Origin: Yuukianura sp. NJ FZ-2021
Taxonomy: Eukaryota
Direction of reading: 5' to 3'
DNA: 64,000 nt
NCBI GenBank assembly: GCA_046563655.1
Contig: CM102287.1
Span: 1,178,001 to 1,242,000 of the forward strand
The translations under genes were made by a program, and so were the position numbers. Positions 1 through 13,400 of this stretch are shown here, piece by piece. Under the pieces are notes generated by a model. The model made no database searches. It had not been told where the DNA came from and was given only the letters and a program-made list of their open reading frames with translations. Every line of letters starts with the position of its first letter. Position 1 is the first letter of the stretch.

Positions 1-99
1 AAAAATTCCTTGCCTGACTTACTATTTGAAAGTGGAATGTAAAGAAGAAGTCCACATCCCAGATTTTGATGCTGATCTTACATTAAAGTAATTCATTAA

Positions 100-790
100 C
101 TAGGGACGCAACGTAGAGTATGTTGCTGTCTCGTATCTCATGTCGTGTTCAAGGATTAGTAGTTATTAACATTTCAAGTAGAGACGCAGCGTACAGTAAG
201 CAGTCGTCTCCACAATTAGGTCGCAGTCAGGCGTAAATCTACAGATTGTTCAATGAATTGAAGTTTTTAGTAAGTCTTTTGGATTTCAATGAATGTTTTT
301 CGAAAAGTTATCAAGTAAATTAAAAATTTTGTACTAGTCCATGAGTGAACGACAAGAATCAGAAACTACTCAGTCACGTATTCCTAGAACTAGGTCTGAA
401 AGAGCTGAACATAGAGCCAGAGTCAGAGAACAGAAGACACAAAGTCGTATTGAAAGTCAAACTCAAAGTCAGATTCAAGGTCAAAGTTCAAAGTCAAGTA
501 GAGTGCTTATCTTGTCTTATAATTTCAAATGTTGAACATAAAGTTGCGAAGTCAGAGACGCTACGTAGAATAGGTTTATCTCATTTCATGCACATGTTTA
601 AGTTAATTGAGTTCAAATTTGAGACGCAGCGTACAGTAAGCCGACGTCTCTACAGTTAGATTGAAGTAAGGCAGAAATCTAAAGGTTGTTAAGTCTCCAT
701 TAAGTTAGTACCATGAGTTTACGAATTGAATGTAGACTGCAGTTAGTTATTAAGACACAAGAGACGCAGCGTAGATTAACTCCTACCCTC
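100..790. repeat. Degenerate dispersed repeat region flanking the satellite
   Basis: The motif GAGACGCAGCGTA recurs at ~181, 621 and 761, with variants at ~103 and ~555. The block at ~100-260 resembles ~550-690. A short AGTCAAA-type microrepeat lies at ~455-497. Confidence 0.5.
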
Positions 791-959
791 ACCATACTTC
801 CAGACTGCAAGCCGTAGAAAACAAACTGACAGTTGTCCCCAAGAACGTTTCGGCAAAAACGTCCATATTTTTTAAAATTAAAATATTAAAAAAAAAAATT
901 AAAAAAAAAAATTTTTTTTGAAAATAAAAAAAAAATTTTTTTTTGAAAATTTTTACTCC

Positions 960-1425
960 GACGTCATTTCATGTCGCAAGTGAAAATTCACGTCGCGAAT
1001 TTTCGCGTCGCGCGAGGCGACGTGAATTTTCACAGAAAATGGAAATTTGATGCTCAGTCGCTACTACGGCGACACCCACAGCGATGGGACGCAATTTCCC
1101 GTCTCGCGTGAAATTTCACGTCGCGGATGGCGACATCCGCGAATTTTCGCGTCGCGCGAGGCGACGTGAATTTTCACAGAAAATGCAAATTTGATGCTCA
1201 GTCGCTACTACGGCGACACCCACAGCGATGGGACGCGATTTCCGGTCGCGCGTGAAATTTCACGTCGCGAATACCGACATCCGCGAAATAGGTCAAAAAC
1301 TAAAAACCGATGTCGGCAGGTGTTATGTGTGACAACGGAATTGATCCTAAGCCGTTTCTAGTCGCACGCGAAATTTCACGTCGCGTACGCCGCGAGTCGT
1401 GAATTTTCGCGTCGCGCCTGGCGCC
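960..1425. repeat. CpG-rich palindromic tandem repeat (~144-bp period) at the satellite boundary
   Basis: GAATTTTCGCGTCGCGCGAGGCGACGTGAATTTTCACAG starts at 997 and 1141, with a partial third copy at 1401. GTGAAA(A/T)TTCACGTCGCG occurs repeatedly in both orientations. Confidence 0.8.
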
Positions 1426-4400
1426 AGGCGGAGCGATTTATCCCGACTTTTAATTCCGCCCTATCCAGATTTAATGGCGATCTATCGACACCAATGAGAC
1501 TTGGGGTCCTGCAGTACGTTTCATAAGGATTTCAGAAAACTAACTCATTTTCTCCCGGCATCGTTCCGCGCGGAGGTTTTTCGAATGTATTGTTTTGAAA
1601 CAAATTTTCATAAATAAAAGTAACGAGATGAGGGACGACACAGCAAGTGAAAGTGGGTTCCTGTAGCACTTTTTATGAGGATTTCAAAAATGTAGTTGAC
1701 TTTTACCCAGCATCGTTCCGGATTGCATTTCTTTTGAATTCTCTGTTTTGAAACATGAATTTTCATAAATAAAGGTAACCAGATGAGGGACGACACAGCA
1801 AGTGAAAGTGGGTTCCTGTAGCCCTTTTTATGAGGATTTCAAAATAATAATTTACTTTCTGTTCATTCTCACATTTGCATGTTCATTCTCACAAATTTAA
1901 GTCGTTTTGCGTCAAAATGGAGCTCGGCATTCCCCTGGGTGCCGTATACCAACCCCAGATAGAATTCGAGGCGGAGCGATTCCTCCCGACTTTTAAGTCC
2001 GCCCTATCCAGATTTAATGGCGATCTATCCACACCAATGAAACTTGGGGTTCTGCAGTACGTTTCATAAGGATTTCAGAAAACTAACTCATTTTCACCCG
2101 GCATCGTTCCGCGCGTAGGTTTTTCGAATGTTTTGTTTTGAAACAAATTTTCATAAATAAAAGTAACGAGATGAGGGACGACACAGCAAGTGAAAGTGGG
2201 TTCCTGTAGCACTTTTTATGAGGATTTCAAAAATGTTGTTGCCTTTTACCCAGCATCGTTCCGGAATGCATTTCTTTTGAATTCTCTGTTTTGAAACATG
2301 AATTTTCATAAATAAAGGTAACAAGATGAGGGACGACACAGCAAGTGAAAGTGGGTTCCTGTAGCCCTTTTTATGAGGATTTCAAAAATATAATTTACTT
2401 TCTGTTCATTCTCACATTTGCATGTTCATTCTCACAAATTTAAGTCGTTTTGCGTCAAAATGGTGCTCGGCATTCCCCTGGGTGCCGTATTCCAACCCCA
2501 GATAAAATTCGAGGCGGAGCGATTTATCCCGACTTTTAAGTCCGCCCTATCCAGATTTAATGGCGATCTATCCACACCAATGAGACTTGGGGTCCTGCAG
2601 TACGTTTCATAAGGATTTCAGAAAACTAACTCATTCTCTCCCGGCATCGTTCCGCGCGGAGGTTTTTCGAATGTATTGTTTTGAAACAAATTTTCATAAA
2701 TAAAAGTAACGAGATGAGGGACGACACAGCAAGTGAAAGTGGGTTCCTGTAGCACTTTTTATGAGGATTTCAAAAATGTAATTTACTTTCTGTTCATTCT
2801 CACATTTGCATGTTCATTCTCACAAATTTAAGTCGTTTTGCGTCAAAATGGTGCTCGGCATTCCCCTGGGTGCCGTATTCCAACCCCAGATAAAATTCGA
2901 GGCGGAGCGATTTATCCCGACTTTTAAGTCCGCCCTATCCAGATTTAATGGCGATCTATCCACACCAATGAGACTTGGGGTCCTGCAGTACGTTTCATAA
3001 GGATTTCAGAAAACTAACTCATTTTCTCCCGGCATCGTTCCGCGCGGAGGTTTTTCGAATGTATTGTTTTGAAACAAATTTTCATAAATAAAAGTAACGA
3101 GATGAGGGACGACACAGCAAGTGAAAGTGGGTTCCTGTAGCACTTTTTATGAGGATTTCAAAAATGTTGTTGCCTTTTACCCAGCATCGTTCCGGAATGC
3201 ATTTCTTTTGAATTCTCTGCTTTGAAACATGAATTTTCATAAATATAGGTAACAAGATGAGGGACGACACAGCAAGTGAAAGTGGGTTCCTGTAGCACTT
3301 TTTATGAGGATTTCAAAAATGTAGTTGACTTTTACCCAGCATCGTTCCGGAATGCATTTCTTTTGAATTCTCTGTTTTGAAACATGAATTTTCATAAATA
3401 AAGGTAACCAGATGAGGGACGACACAGCAAGTGAAAGTGGGTTCCTGTAGCCCTTTTTATGAGGATTTCAAAATAATAATTTACTTTCTGTTCATTCTCA
3501 CATTTGCATGTTCATTCTCACAAATTTAAGTCGTTTTGCGTCAAAATGGAGCTCGGCATTCCCCTGGGTGCCGTATACCAACCCCAGATAGAATTCGAGG
3601 CGGAGCGATTCCTCCCGACTTTTAAGTCCGCCCTATCCAGATTTAATGGCGATCTATCCACACCGATGAGACTTGGGGTCCTGCAGTACGTTTCATAAGG
3701 ATTTCAGAAAACTAACTCATTTTCTCCCGGCATCGTTCCGCGCGGAGGTTTTTCGAATGTATTGTTTTGAAACAAATTTTCATAAATAAAAGTAACGAGA
3801 TGAGGGACGACACAGCAAGTGAAAGTGGGTTCCTGTAGCACTTTTTATGAGGATTTCAAAAATGTAGTTGACTTTTACCCAGCATCGTTCCGGAATGCAT
3901 TTCTTTTGAATTCTCTGTTTTGAAACATGAATTTTCATAAATAAAGGTAACAAGATGAGGGACGACACAGCAAGTGAAAGTGGGTTCCTGTAGCACTTTT
4001 TATGAGGATTTCAAAAATGTAATTTACTTTCTGTTCATTCTCACATTTGCATGTTCATTCTCACAAATTTAAGTCGTTTTGCGTCAAAATGGTGCTCGGC
4101 ATTCCCCTGGGTGCCGTATTCCAACCCCAGATAAAATTCGAGGCGGAGCGATTTATCCCGACTTTTAAGTCCGCCCTATCCAGATTTAATGGCGATCTAT
4201 CCACACCAATGAAACTTGGGGTCCTGCAGTACGTTTCATAAGGATTTCAGAAAACTAACTCATTTTCACCCGGCATCGTTCCGCGCGGAGGTTTTTCGAA
4301 TGTTCTGTTTTGAAACAAATTTTCATCAATAAAAGTAACGAGATGAGGGACGATACAGCAAGTGAAAGTGGGTTCCTGTAGCACTTTTTATGAGGATTTC

Positions 4401-7400
4401 AAAAATGTTGTTGCCTTTTACCCAGCATCGTTCCGGAATGCATTTCTTTTGAATTCTCTGCTTTGACACATGAATTTTCATAAATAAAGGTAACAAGATG
4501 AGGGACGACACAGCAAGTGAAAGTGGGTTCCTGTAGCACTTTTTATGAGGATTTCAAAAATGTAATTTACTTTCTGTTCATTCTCACATTTGCATGTTCA
4601 TTCTCACAAATTTAAGTCGTTTTGCGTCAAAATGGTGCTCGGCATTCCCCTGGGTGCCGTATTCCAACCCCAGATAAAATTCGAGGCGGAGCGATTTATC
4701 CCGACTTTTAAGTCCGCCCTATCCAGATTTAATGGCGATCTATCCACACCAATGAAACTTGGGGTCCTGCAGTACGTTTCATAAGGATTTCAGAAAACTA
4801 ACTCATTTTCACCCGGCATCGTTCCGCGCGGAGGTTTTTCGAATGTTTTGTTTTGAAACAAATTTTCATAAATAAAAGTAACGAGGTGAGGGACGACACA
4901 GCAAGTGAAAGTGGGTTCCTGTAGCACTTTTTATGAGGATTTCAAAAATGTTGTTGCCTTTTACCCAGCATCGTTCCGGAATGCATTTCTTTTGAATTCT
5001 CTGCTTTGACACATGAATTTTCATAAATAAAGGTAACAAGATGAGGGACGACACAGCAAGTGAAAGTGGGTTCCTGTAGCACTTTTTATGAGGATTTCAA
5101 AAATGTAATTTACTTTCTGTTCATTCTCACATTTGCATGTTCATTCTCACAAATTTAAGTCGTTTTGCGTCAAAATGGTGCTCGGCATTCCCCTGGGTGC
5201 CGTATTCCAACCCCAGATAAAATTCGAGGCGGAGCGATTTATCCCGACTTTTAAGTCCGCCCTATCCAGATTTAATGGCGATCTATCCACACCAATGAAA
5301 CTTGGGGTCCTGCAGTACGTTTCATAAGGATTTCAGAAAACTAACTCATTTTCACCCGGCATCGTTCCGCGCGGAGGTTTTTCGAATGTTTTGTTTTGAA
5401 ACAAATTTTCATAAATAAAAGTAACGAGATGAGGGACGACACAGCAAGTGAAAGTGGGTTCCTGTAGCACTTTTTATGAGGATTTCAAAAATGTAATTTA
5501 CTTTCTGTTCATTCTCACATTTGCATGTTCATTCTCACAAATTTAAGTCGTTTTGCGTCAAAATGGTGCTCGGCATTCCCCTGGGTGCCGTATTCCAACC
5601 CCAGATAAAATTCGAGGCGGAGCGATTTATCCCGACTTTTAAGTCCGCCCTATCCAGATTTAATGGCGATCTATCCACACCAATGAAACTTGGGGTCCTG
5701 CAGTACGTTTCATAAGGATTTCAGAAAACTAACTCATTTTCACCCGGCATCGTTCCGCGCGGAGGTTTTTCGAATGTTTTGTTTTGAAACAAATTTTCAT
5801 CAATAAAAGTAACGAGATGAGGGACGACACAGCAAGTGAAAGTGGGTTCCTGTAGCACTTTTTATGAGGATTTCAAAAATGTTGGTGCCTTTTACCCAGC
5901 ATCGTTCCGGAATGCATTTCTTTTGAATTCTCTGCTTTGACACATGAATTTTCATAAATAAAGGTAACAAGATGAGGGACGACACAGCAAGTGAAAGTGG
6001 GTTCCTGTAGCACTTTTTATGAGGATTTCAAAAATGTAATTTACTTTCTGTTCATTCTCACATTTGCATGTTCATTCTCACAAATTTAAGTCGTTTTGCG
6101 TCAAAATGGTGCTCGGCATTCCCCTGGGTGCCGTATTCCAACCCCAGATAAAATTCGAGGCGGAGCGATTTATCCCGACTTTTAAATCCGCCCTATCCAG
6201 ATTTAATGGCGATCTATCCACACCAATGAAACTTGGGGTCCTGCAGTACGTTTCATAAGGATTTCAGAAAACTAACTCATTTTCACCCGGCATCGTTCCG
6301 CGCGGAGGTTTTTCGAATGTTTTGTTTTGAAACAAATTTTCATAAATAAAAGTAACGAGGTGAGGGACGACACAGCAAGTGAAAGTGGGTTCCTGTAGCA
6401 CTTTTTATGAGGATTTCAAAAATGTTGTTGCCTTTTACCCAGCATCGTTCCGGAATGCATTTCTTTTGAATTCTCTGCTTTGACACATGAATTTTCATAA
6501 ATAAAGGTAACAATATGAGGGACGACACAGCAAGTGAAAGTGGGTTCCTGTAGCACTTTTTATGAGGATTTCAAAAATGTAATTTACTTTCTGTTCATTC
6601 TCACATTTGCATGTTCATTCTCACAAATTTAAGTCGTTTTGCGTCAAAATGGTGCTCGGCATTCCCCTGGGTGCCGTATTCCAACCCCAGATAAAATTCG
6701 AGGCGGAGCGATTTATCCCGACTTTTAAGTCCGCCCTATCCAGATTTAATGGCGATCTATCCACACCAATGAAACTTGGGGTCCTGCAGTACGTTTCATA
6801 AGGATTTCAGAAAACTAACTCATTTTCACCCGGCATCGTTCCGCGCGGAGGTTTTTCGAATGTTTTGTTTTGAAACAAATTTTCATAAATAAAAGTAACG
6901 AGGTGAGGGACGACACAGCAAGTGAAAGTGGGTTCCTGTAGCACTTTTTATGAGGATTTCAAAAATGTTGTTGCCTTTTACCCAGCATCGTTCCGGAATG
7001 CACTTCTTTTGAATTCTCTGCTTTGAAACATGAATTTTCATAAATAAAGGTAACAAGATGAGGGACGACACAGCAAGTGAAAGTGGGTTCCTGTAGCACT
7101 TTTTATGAGGATTTCAAAAATGTTGTTGCCTTTTACCCAGCATCGTTCCGGAATGCACTTCTTTTGAATTCTCTGCTTTGAAACATGAATTTTCATAAAT
7201 AAAGGTAACAAGATGAGGGACGACACAGCAAGTGAAAGTGGGTTCCTGTAGCCCTTTTTATGAGGATTTCAAAAATATAATTTACTTTCTGTTCATTCTC
7301 ACATTTGCATGTTCATTCTCACAAATTTAAGTCGTTTTGCGTCAAAATGGTGCTCGGCATTCCCCTGGGTGCCGTATTCCAACCCCAGATAAAATTCGAG

Positions 7401-10400
7401 GCGGAGCGATTTATCCCGACTTTTAAGTCCGCCCTATCCAGATTTAATGGCGATCTATCCACACCAATGAAACTTGGGGTCCTGCAGTACGTTTCATAAG
7501 GATTTCAGAAAACTAACTCATTTTCACCCGGCATCGTTCCGCGCGGAGGTTTTTCGAATGTTTTGTTTTGAAACAAATTTTCATAAATAAAAGTAACGAG
7601 GTGAGGGACGACACAGCAAGTGAAAGTGGGTTCCTGTAGCACTTTTTATGAGGATTTCAAAAATGTTGTTGCCTTTTACCCAGCATCGTTCCGGAATGCA
7701 TTTCTTTTGAATTCTCTGCTTTGACACATGAATTTTCATAAATAAAGGTAACAAGATGAGGGACGACACAGCAAGTGAAAGTGGGTTCCTGTAGCACTTT
7801 TTATGAGGATTTCAAAAATGTAATTTACTTTCTGTTCATTCTCACATTTGCATGTTCATTCTCACAAATTTAAGTCGTTTTGCGTCAAAATGGTGCTCGG
7901 CATTCCCCTGGGTGCCGTATTCCAACCCCAGATAAAATTCGAGGCGGAGCGATTTATCCCGACTTTTAAGTCCGCCCTATCCAGATTTAATGGCGATCTA
8001 TCCACACCAATGAAACTTGGGGTCCTGCAGTACGTTTCATAAGGATTTCAGAAAACTAACTCATTTTCACCCGGCATCGTTCCGCGCGGAGGTTTTTCGA
8101 ATGTTTTGTTTTGAAACAAATTTTCATAAATAAAAGTAACGAGATGAGGGACGACACAGCAAGTGAAAGTGGGTTCCTGTAGCACTTTTTATGAGGATTT
8201 CAAAAATGTAATTTACTTTCTGTTCATTCTCACATTTGCATGTTCATTCTCACAAATTTAAGTCGTTTTGCGTCAAAATGGTGCTCGGCATTCCCCTGGG
8301 TGCCGTATTCCAACCCCAGATAAAATTCGAGGCGGAGCGATTTATCCCGACTTTTAAGTCCGCCCTATCCAGATTTAATGGCGATCTATCCACACCAATG
8401 AAACTTGGGGTCCTGCAGTACGTTTCATAAGGATTTCAGAAAACTAACTCATTTTCACCCGGCATCGTTCCGCGCGGAGGTTTTTCGAATGTTTTGTTTT
8501 GAAACAAATTTTCATCAATAAAAGTAACGAGATGAGGGACGACACAGCAAGTGAAAGTGGGTTCCTGTAGCACTTTTTATGAGGATTTCAAAAATGTTGG
8601 TGCCTTTTACCCAGCATCGTTCCGGAATGCATTTCTTTTGAATTCTCTGCTTTGACACATGAATTTTCATAAATAAAGGTAACAAGATGAGGGACGACAC
8701 AGCAAGTGAAAGTGGGTTCCTGTAGCACTTTTTATGAGGATTTCAAAAATGTAATTTACTTTCTGTTCATTCTCACATTTGCATGTTCATTCTCACAAAT
8801 TTAAGTCGTTTTGCGTCAAAATGGTGCTCGGCATTCCCCTGGGTGCCGTATTCCAACCCCAGATAAAATTCGAGGCGGAGCGATTTATCCCGACTTTTAA
8901 GTCCGCCCTATCCAGATTTAATGGCGATCTATCCACACCAATGAAACTTGGGGTCCTGCAGTACGTTTCATAAGGATTTCAGAAAACTAACTCATTTTCA
9001 CCCGGCATCGTTCCGCGCGGAGGTTTTTCGAATGTTTTGTTTTGAAACAAATTTTCATAAATAAAAGTAACGAGGTGAGGGACGACACAGCAAGTGAAAG
9101 TGGGTTCCTGTAGCACTTTTTATGAGGATTTCAAAAATGTTGTTGCCTTTTACCCAGCATCGTTCCGGAATGCATTTCTTTTGAATTCTCTGCTTTGACA
9201 CATGAATTTTCATAAATAAAGGTAACAAGATGAGGGACGACACAGCAAGTGAAAGTGGGTTCCTGTAGCACTTTTTATGAGGATTTCAAAAATGTAATTT
9301 ACTTTCTGTTCATTCTCACATTTGCATGTTCATTCTCACAAATTTAAGTCGTTTTGCGTCAAAATGGTGCTCGGCATTCCCCTGGGTGCCGTATTCCAAC
9401 CCCAGATAAAATTCGAGGCGGAGCGATTTATCCCGACTTTTAAGTCCGCCCTATCCAGATTTAATGGCGATCTATCCACACCAATGAAACTTGGGGTCCT
9501 GCAGTACGTTTCATAAGGATTTCAGAAAACTAACTCATTTTCACCCGGCATCGTTCCGCGCGGAGGTTTTTCGAATGTTTTGTTTTGAAACAAATTTTCA
9601 TAAATAAAAGTAACGAGATGAGGGACGACACAGCAAGTGAAAGTGGGTTCCTGTAGCACTTTTTATGAGGATTTCAAAAATGTAATTTACTTTCTGTTCA
9701 TTCTCACATTTGCATGTTCATTCTCACAAATTTAAGTCGTTTTGCGTCAAAATGGTGCTCGGCATTCCCCTGGGTGCCGTATTCCAACCCCAGATAAAAT
9801 TCGAGGCGGAGCGATTTATCCCGACTTTTAAGTCCGCCCTATCCAGATTTAATGGCGATCTATCCACACCAATGAAACTTGGGGTCCTGCAGTACGTTTC
9901 ATAAGGATTTCAGAAAACTAACTCATTTTCACCCGGCATCGTTCCGCGCGGAGGTTTTTCGAATGTTTTGTTTTGAAACAAATTTTCATCAATAAAAGTA
10001 ACGAGATGAGGGACGACACAGCAAGTGAAAGTGGGTTCCTGTAGCACTTTTTATGAGGATTTCAAAAATGTTGGTGCCTTTTACCCAGCATCGTTCCGGA
10101 ATGCATTTCTTTTGAATTCTCTGCTTTGACACATGAATTTTCATAAATAAAGGTAACAAGATGAGGGACGACACAGCAAGTGAAAGTGGGTTCCTGTAGC
10201 ACTTTTTATGAGGATTTCAAAAATGTAATTTACTTTCTGTTCATTCTCACATTTGCATGTTCATTCTCACAAATTTAAGTCGTTTTGCGTCAAAATGGTG
10301 CTCGGCATTCCCTGGGTGCCGTATTCCAACCCCAGATAAAATTCGAGGCGGAGCGATTTATCCCGACTTTTAAATCCGCCCTATCCAGATTTAATGGCGA

Positions 10401-13400
10401 TCTATCCACACCAATGAAACTTGGGGTCCTGCAGTACGTTTCATAAGGATTTCAGAAAACTAACTCATTTTCACCGGCATCGTTCCGCGCGGAGGTTTTT
10501 CGAATGTTTTGTTTTGAAACAAATTTTCATAAATAAAAGTAACGAGGTGAGGGACGACACAGCAAGTGAAAGTGGGTTCCTGTAGCACTTTTTATGAGGA
10601 TTTCAAAAATGTTGTTGCCTTTTACCCAGCATCGTTCCGGAATGCATTTCTTTTGAATTCTCTGCTTTGACACATGAATTTTCATAAATAAAGGTAACAA
10701 TATGAGGGACGACACAGCAAGTGAAAGTGGGTTCCTGTAGCACTTTTTATGAGGGTTTCAAAAATGTAATTTACTTTCTGTTCATTCTCACATTTGCATG
10801 TTCATTCTCACAAATTTAAGTCGTTTTGCGTCAAAATGGTGCTCGGCATTCCCCTGTGTGCCGTATTCCAACCCCAGATAAAATTCGAGGCGGAGCGATT
10901 TATCCCGACTTTTAAGTCCGCCCTATCCAGATTTAATGGCGATCTATCCACACCAATGAAACTTGGGGTCCTGCAGTACGTTTCATAAGGATTTCAGAAA
11001 ACTAACTCATTTTCACCCGGCATCGTTCCGCGCGGAGGTTTTTCGAATGTTTTGTTTTGAAACAAATTTTCATAAATAAAAGTAACGAGGTGAGGGACGA
11101 CACAGCAAGTGAAAGTGGGTTCCTGTAGCACTTTTTATGAGGATTTCAAAAATGTTGTTGCCTTTTACCCAGCATCGTTCCGGAATGCACTTCTTTTGAA
11201 TTCTCTGCTTTGAAACATGAATTTTCATAAATAAAGGTAACAAGATGAGGGACGACACAGCAAGTGAAAGTGGGTTCCTGTAGCACTTTTTATGAGGATT
11301 TCAAAAATGTTGTTGCCTTTTACCCAGCATCGTTCCGGAATGCACTTCTTTTGAATTCTCTGCTTTGAAACATGAATTTTCATAAATAAAGGTAACAAGA
11401 TGAGGGACGACACAGCAAGTGAAAGTGGGTTCCTGTAGCACTTTTTATGAGGATTTCAAAAATGTAGTTGACTTTTACCCAGCATCGTTCCGGAATGCAT
11501 TTCTTTTGAATTCTCTGTTTTGAAACATGAATTTTCATAAATAAAAATAACAAGATGAGGGACGACACAGCAAGTGAAAGTGGGTTCCTGTAGCCCTTTT
11601 TATGAGGATTTCAAAAATATAATTTACTTTCTGTTCATTCTCACATTTGCATGTTCATTCTCACAAATTTAAGTCGTTTTGCGTCAAAATGGTGCTCGGC
11701 ATTCCCCTGGGTGCCGTATTCCAACCCCAGATAAAATTCGAGGCGGAGCGATTTATCCCGACTTTTAAGTCCGCCCTATCCAGATTTAATGGCGATCTAT
11801 CCACACCAATGAAACTTGGGGTCCTGCAGTACGTTTCATAAGGATTTCAGAAAACTAACTCATTTTCACCCGGCATCGTTCCGCGCGGAGGTTTTTCGAA
11901 TGTTTTGTTTTGAAACAAATTTTCATAAATAAAAGTAACGAGATGAGGGACGACACAGCAAGTGAAAGTGGGTTCCTGTAGCACTTTTTATGAGGATTTC
12001 AAAAATGTAATTTACTTTCTGTTCATTCTCACATTTGCATGTTCATTCTCACAAATTTAAGTCGTTTTGCGTCAAAATGGTGCTCGGCATTCCCCTGGGT
12101 GCCGTATTCCAACCCCAGATAAAATTCGAGGCGGAGCGATTTATCCCGACTTTTAAGTCCGCCCTATCCAGATTTAATGGCGATCTATCCACACCAATGA
12201 AACTTGGGGTCCTGCAGTACGTTTCATAAGGATTTCAGAAAACTAACTCATTTTCACCCGGCATCGTTCCGCGCGGAGGTTTTTCGAATGTTTTGTTTAG
12301 AAACAAATTTTCATAAATAAAGGTAACAAGATGAGGGACGACACAGCAAGTGAAAGTGGGTTCCTGTAGCACTTTTTATGAGGATTTCAAAAATGTTGTT
12401 GCCTTTTACCCAGCATCGTTCCGGAATGCACTTCTTTTGAATTCTCTGCTTTGAAACATGAATTTTCATAAATAAAGGTAACAAGATGAGGGACGACACA
12501 GCAAGTGAAAGTGGGTTCCTGTAGCACTTTTTATGAGGATTTCAAAAATGTAGTTGACTTTTACCCAGCATCGTTCCGGAATGCATTTCTTTTGAATTCT
12601 CTGTTTTGAAACATGAATTTTCATAAATAAAAATAACAAGATGAGGGACGACACAGCAAGTGAAAGTGGGTTCCTGTAGCCCTTTTTATGAGGATTTCAA
12701 AAATATAATTTACTTTCTGTTCATTCTTACATTTGCATGTTCATTCTCACAAATTTAAGTCGTTTTGCGTCAAAATGGTGCTCGGCATTCCCCTGGGTGC
12801 CGTATTCCAACCCCAGATAAAATTCGAGGCGGAGCGATTTATCCCGACTTTTAAGTCCGCCCTATCCAGATTTAATGGCGATCTATCCACACCAATGAAA
12901 CTTGGGGTCCTGCAGTACGTTTCATAAGGATTTCAGAAAACTAACTCATTTTCACCCGACATCGTTCCGCGCGGAGGTTTTTCGAATGTTTTGTTTTGAA
13001 ACAAATTTTCATAAATAAAAGTAACGAGATGAGGGACGACACAGCAAGTGAAAGTGGGTTCCTGTAGCACTTTTTATGAGGATTTCAAAAATGTAATTTA
13101 CTTTCTGTTCATTCTCACATTTGCATGTTCATTCTCACAAATTTAAGTCGTTTTGCGTCAAAATGGTGCTCGGCATTCCCCTGGGTGCCGTATTCCAACC
13201 CCAGATAAAATTCGAGGCGGAGCGATTTATCCCGACTTTTAAGTCCGCCCTATCCAGATTTAATGGCGATCTATCCACACCAATGAAACTTGGGGTCCTG
13301 CAGTACGTTTCATAAGGATTTCAGAAAACTAACTCATTTTCACCCGGCATCGTTCCGCGCGGAGGTTTTTCGAATGTTTTGTTTAGAAACAAATTTTCAT

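Noticed and set aside
341..659. Two short overlapping ORFs at the window start
   Set aside because: They derive from low-complexity repeats and show no motif support.
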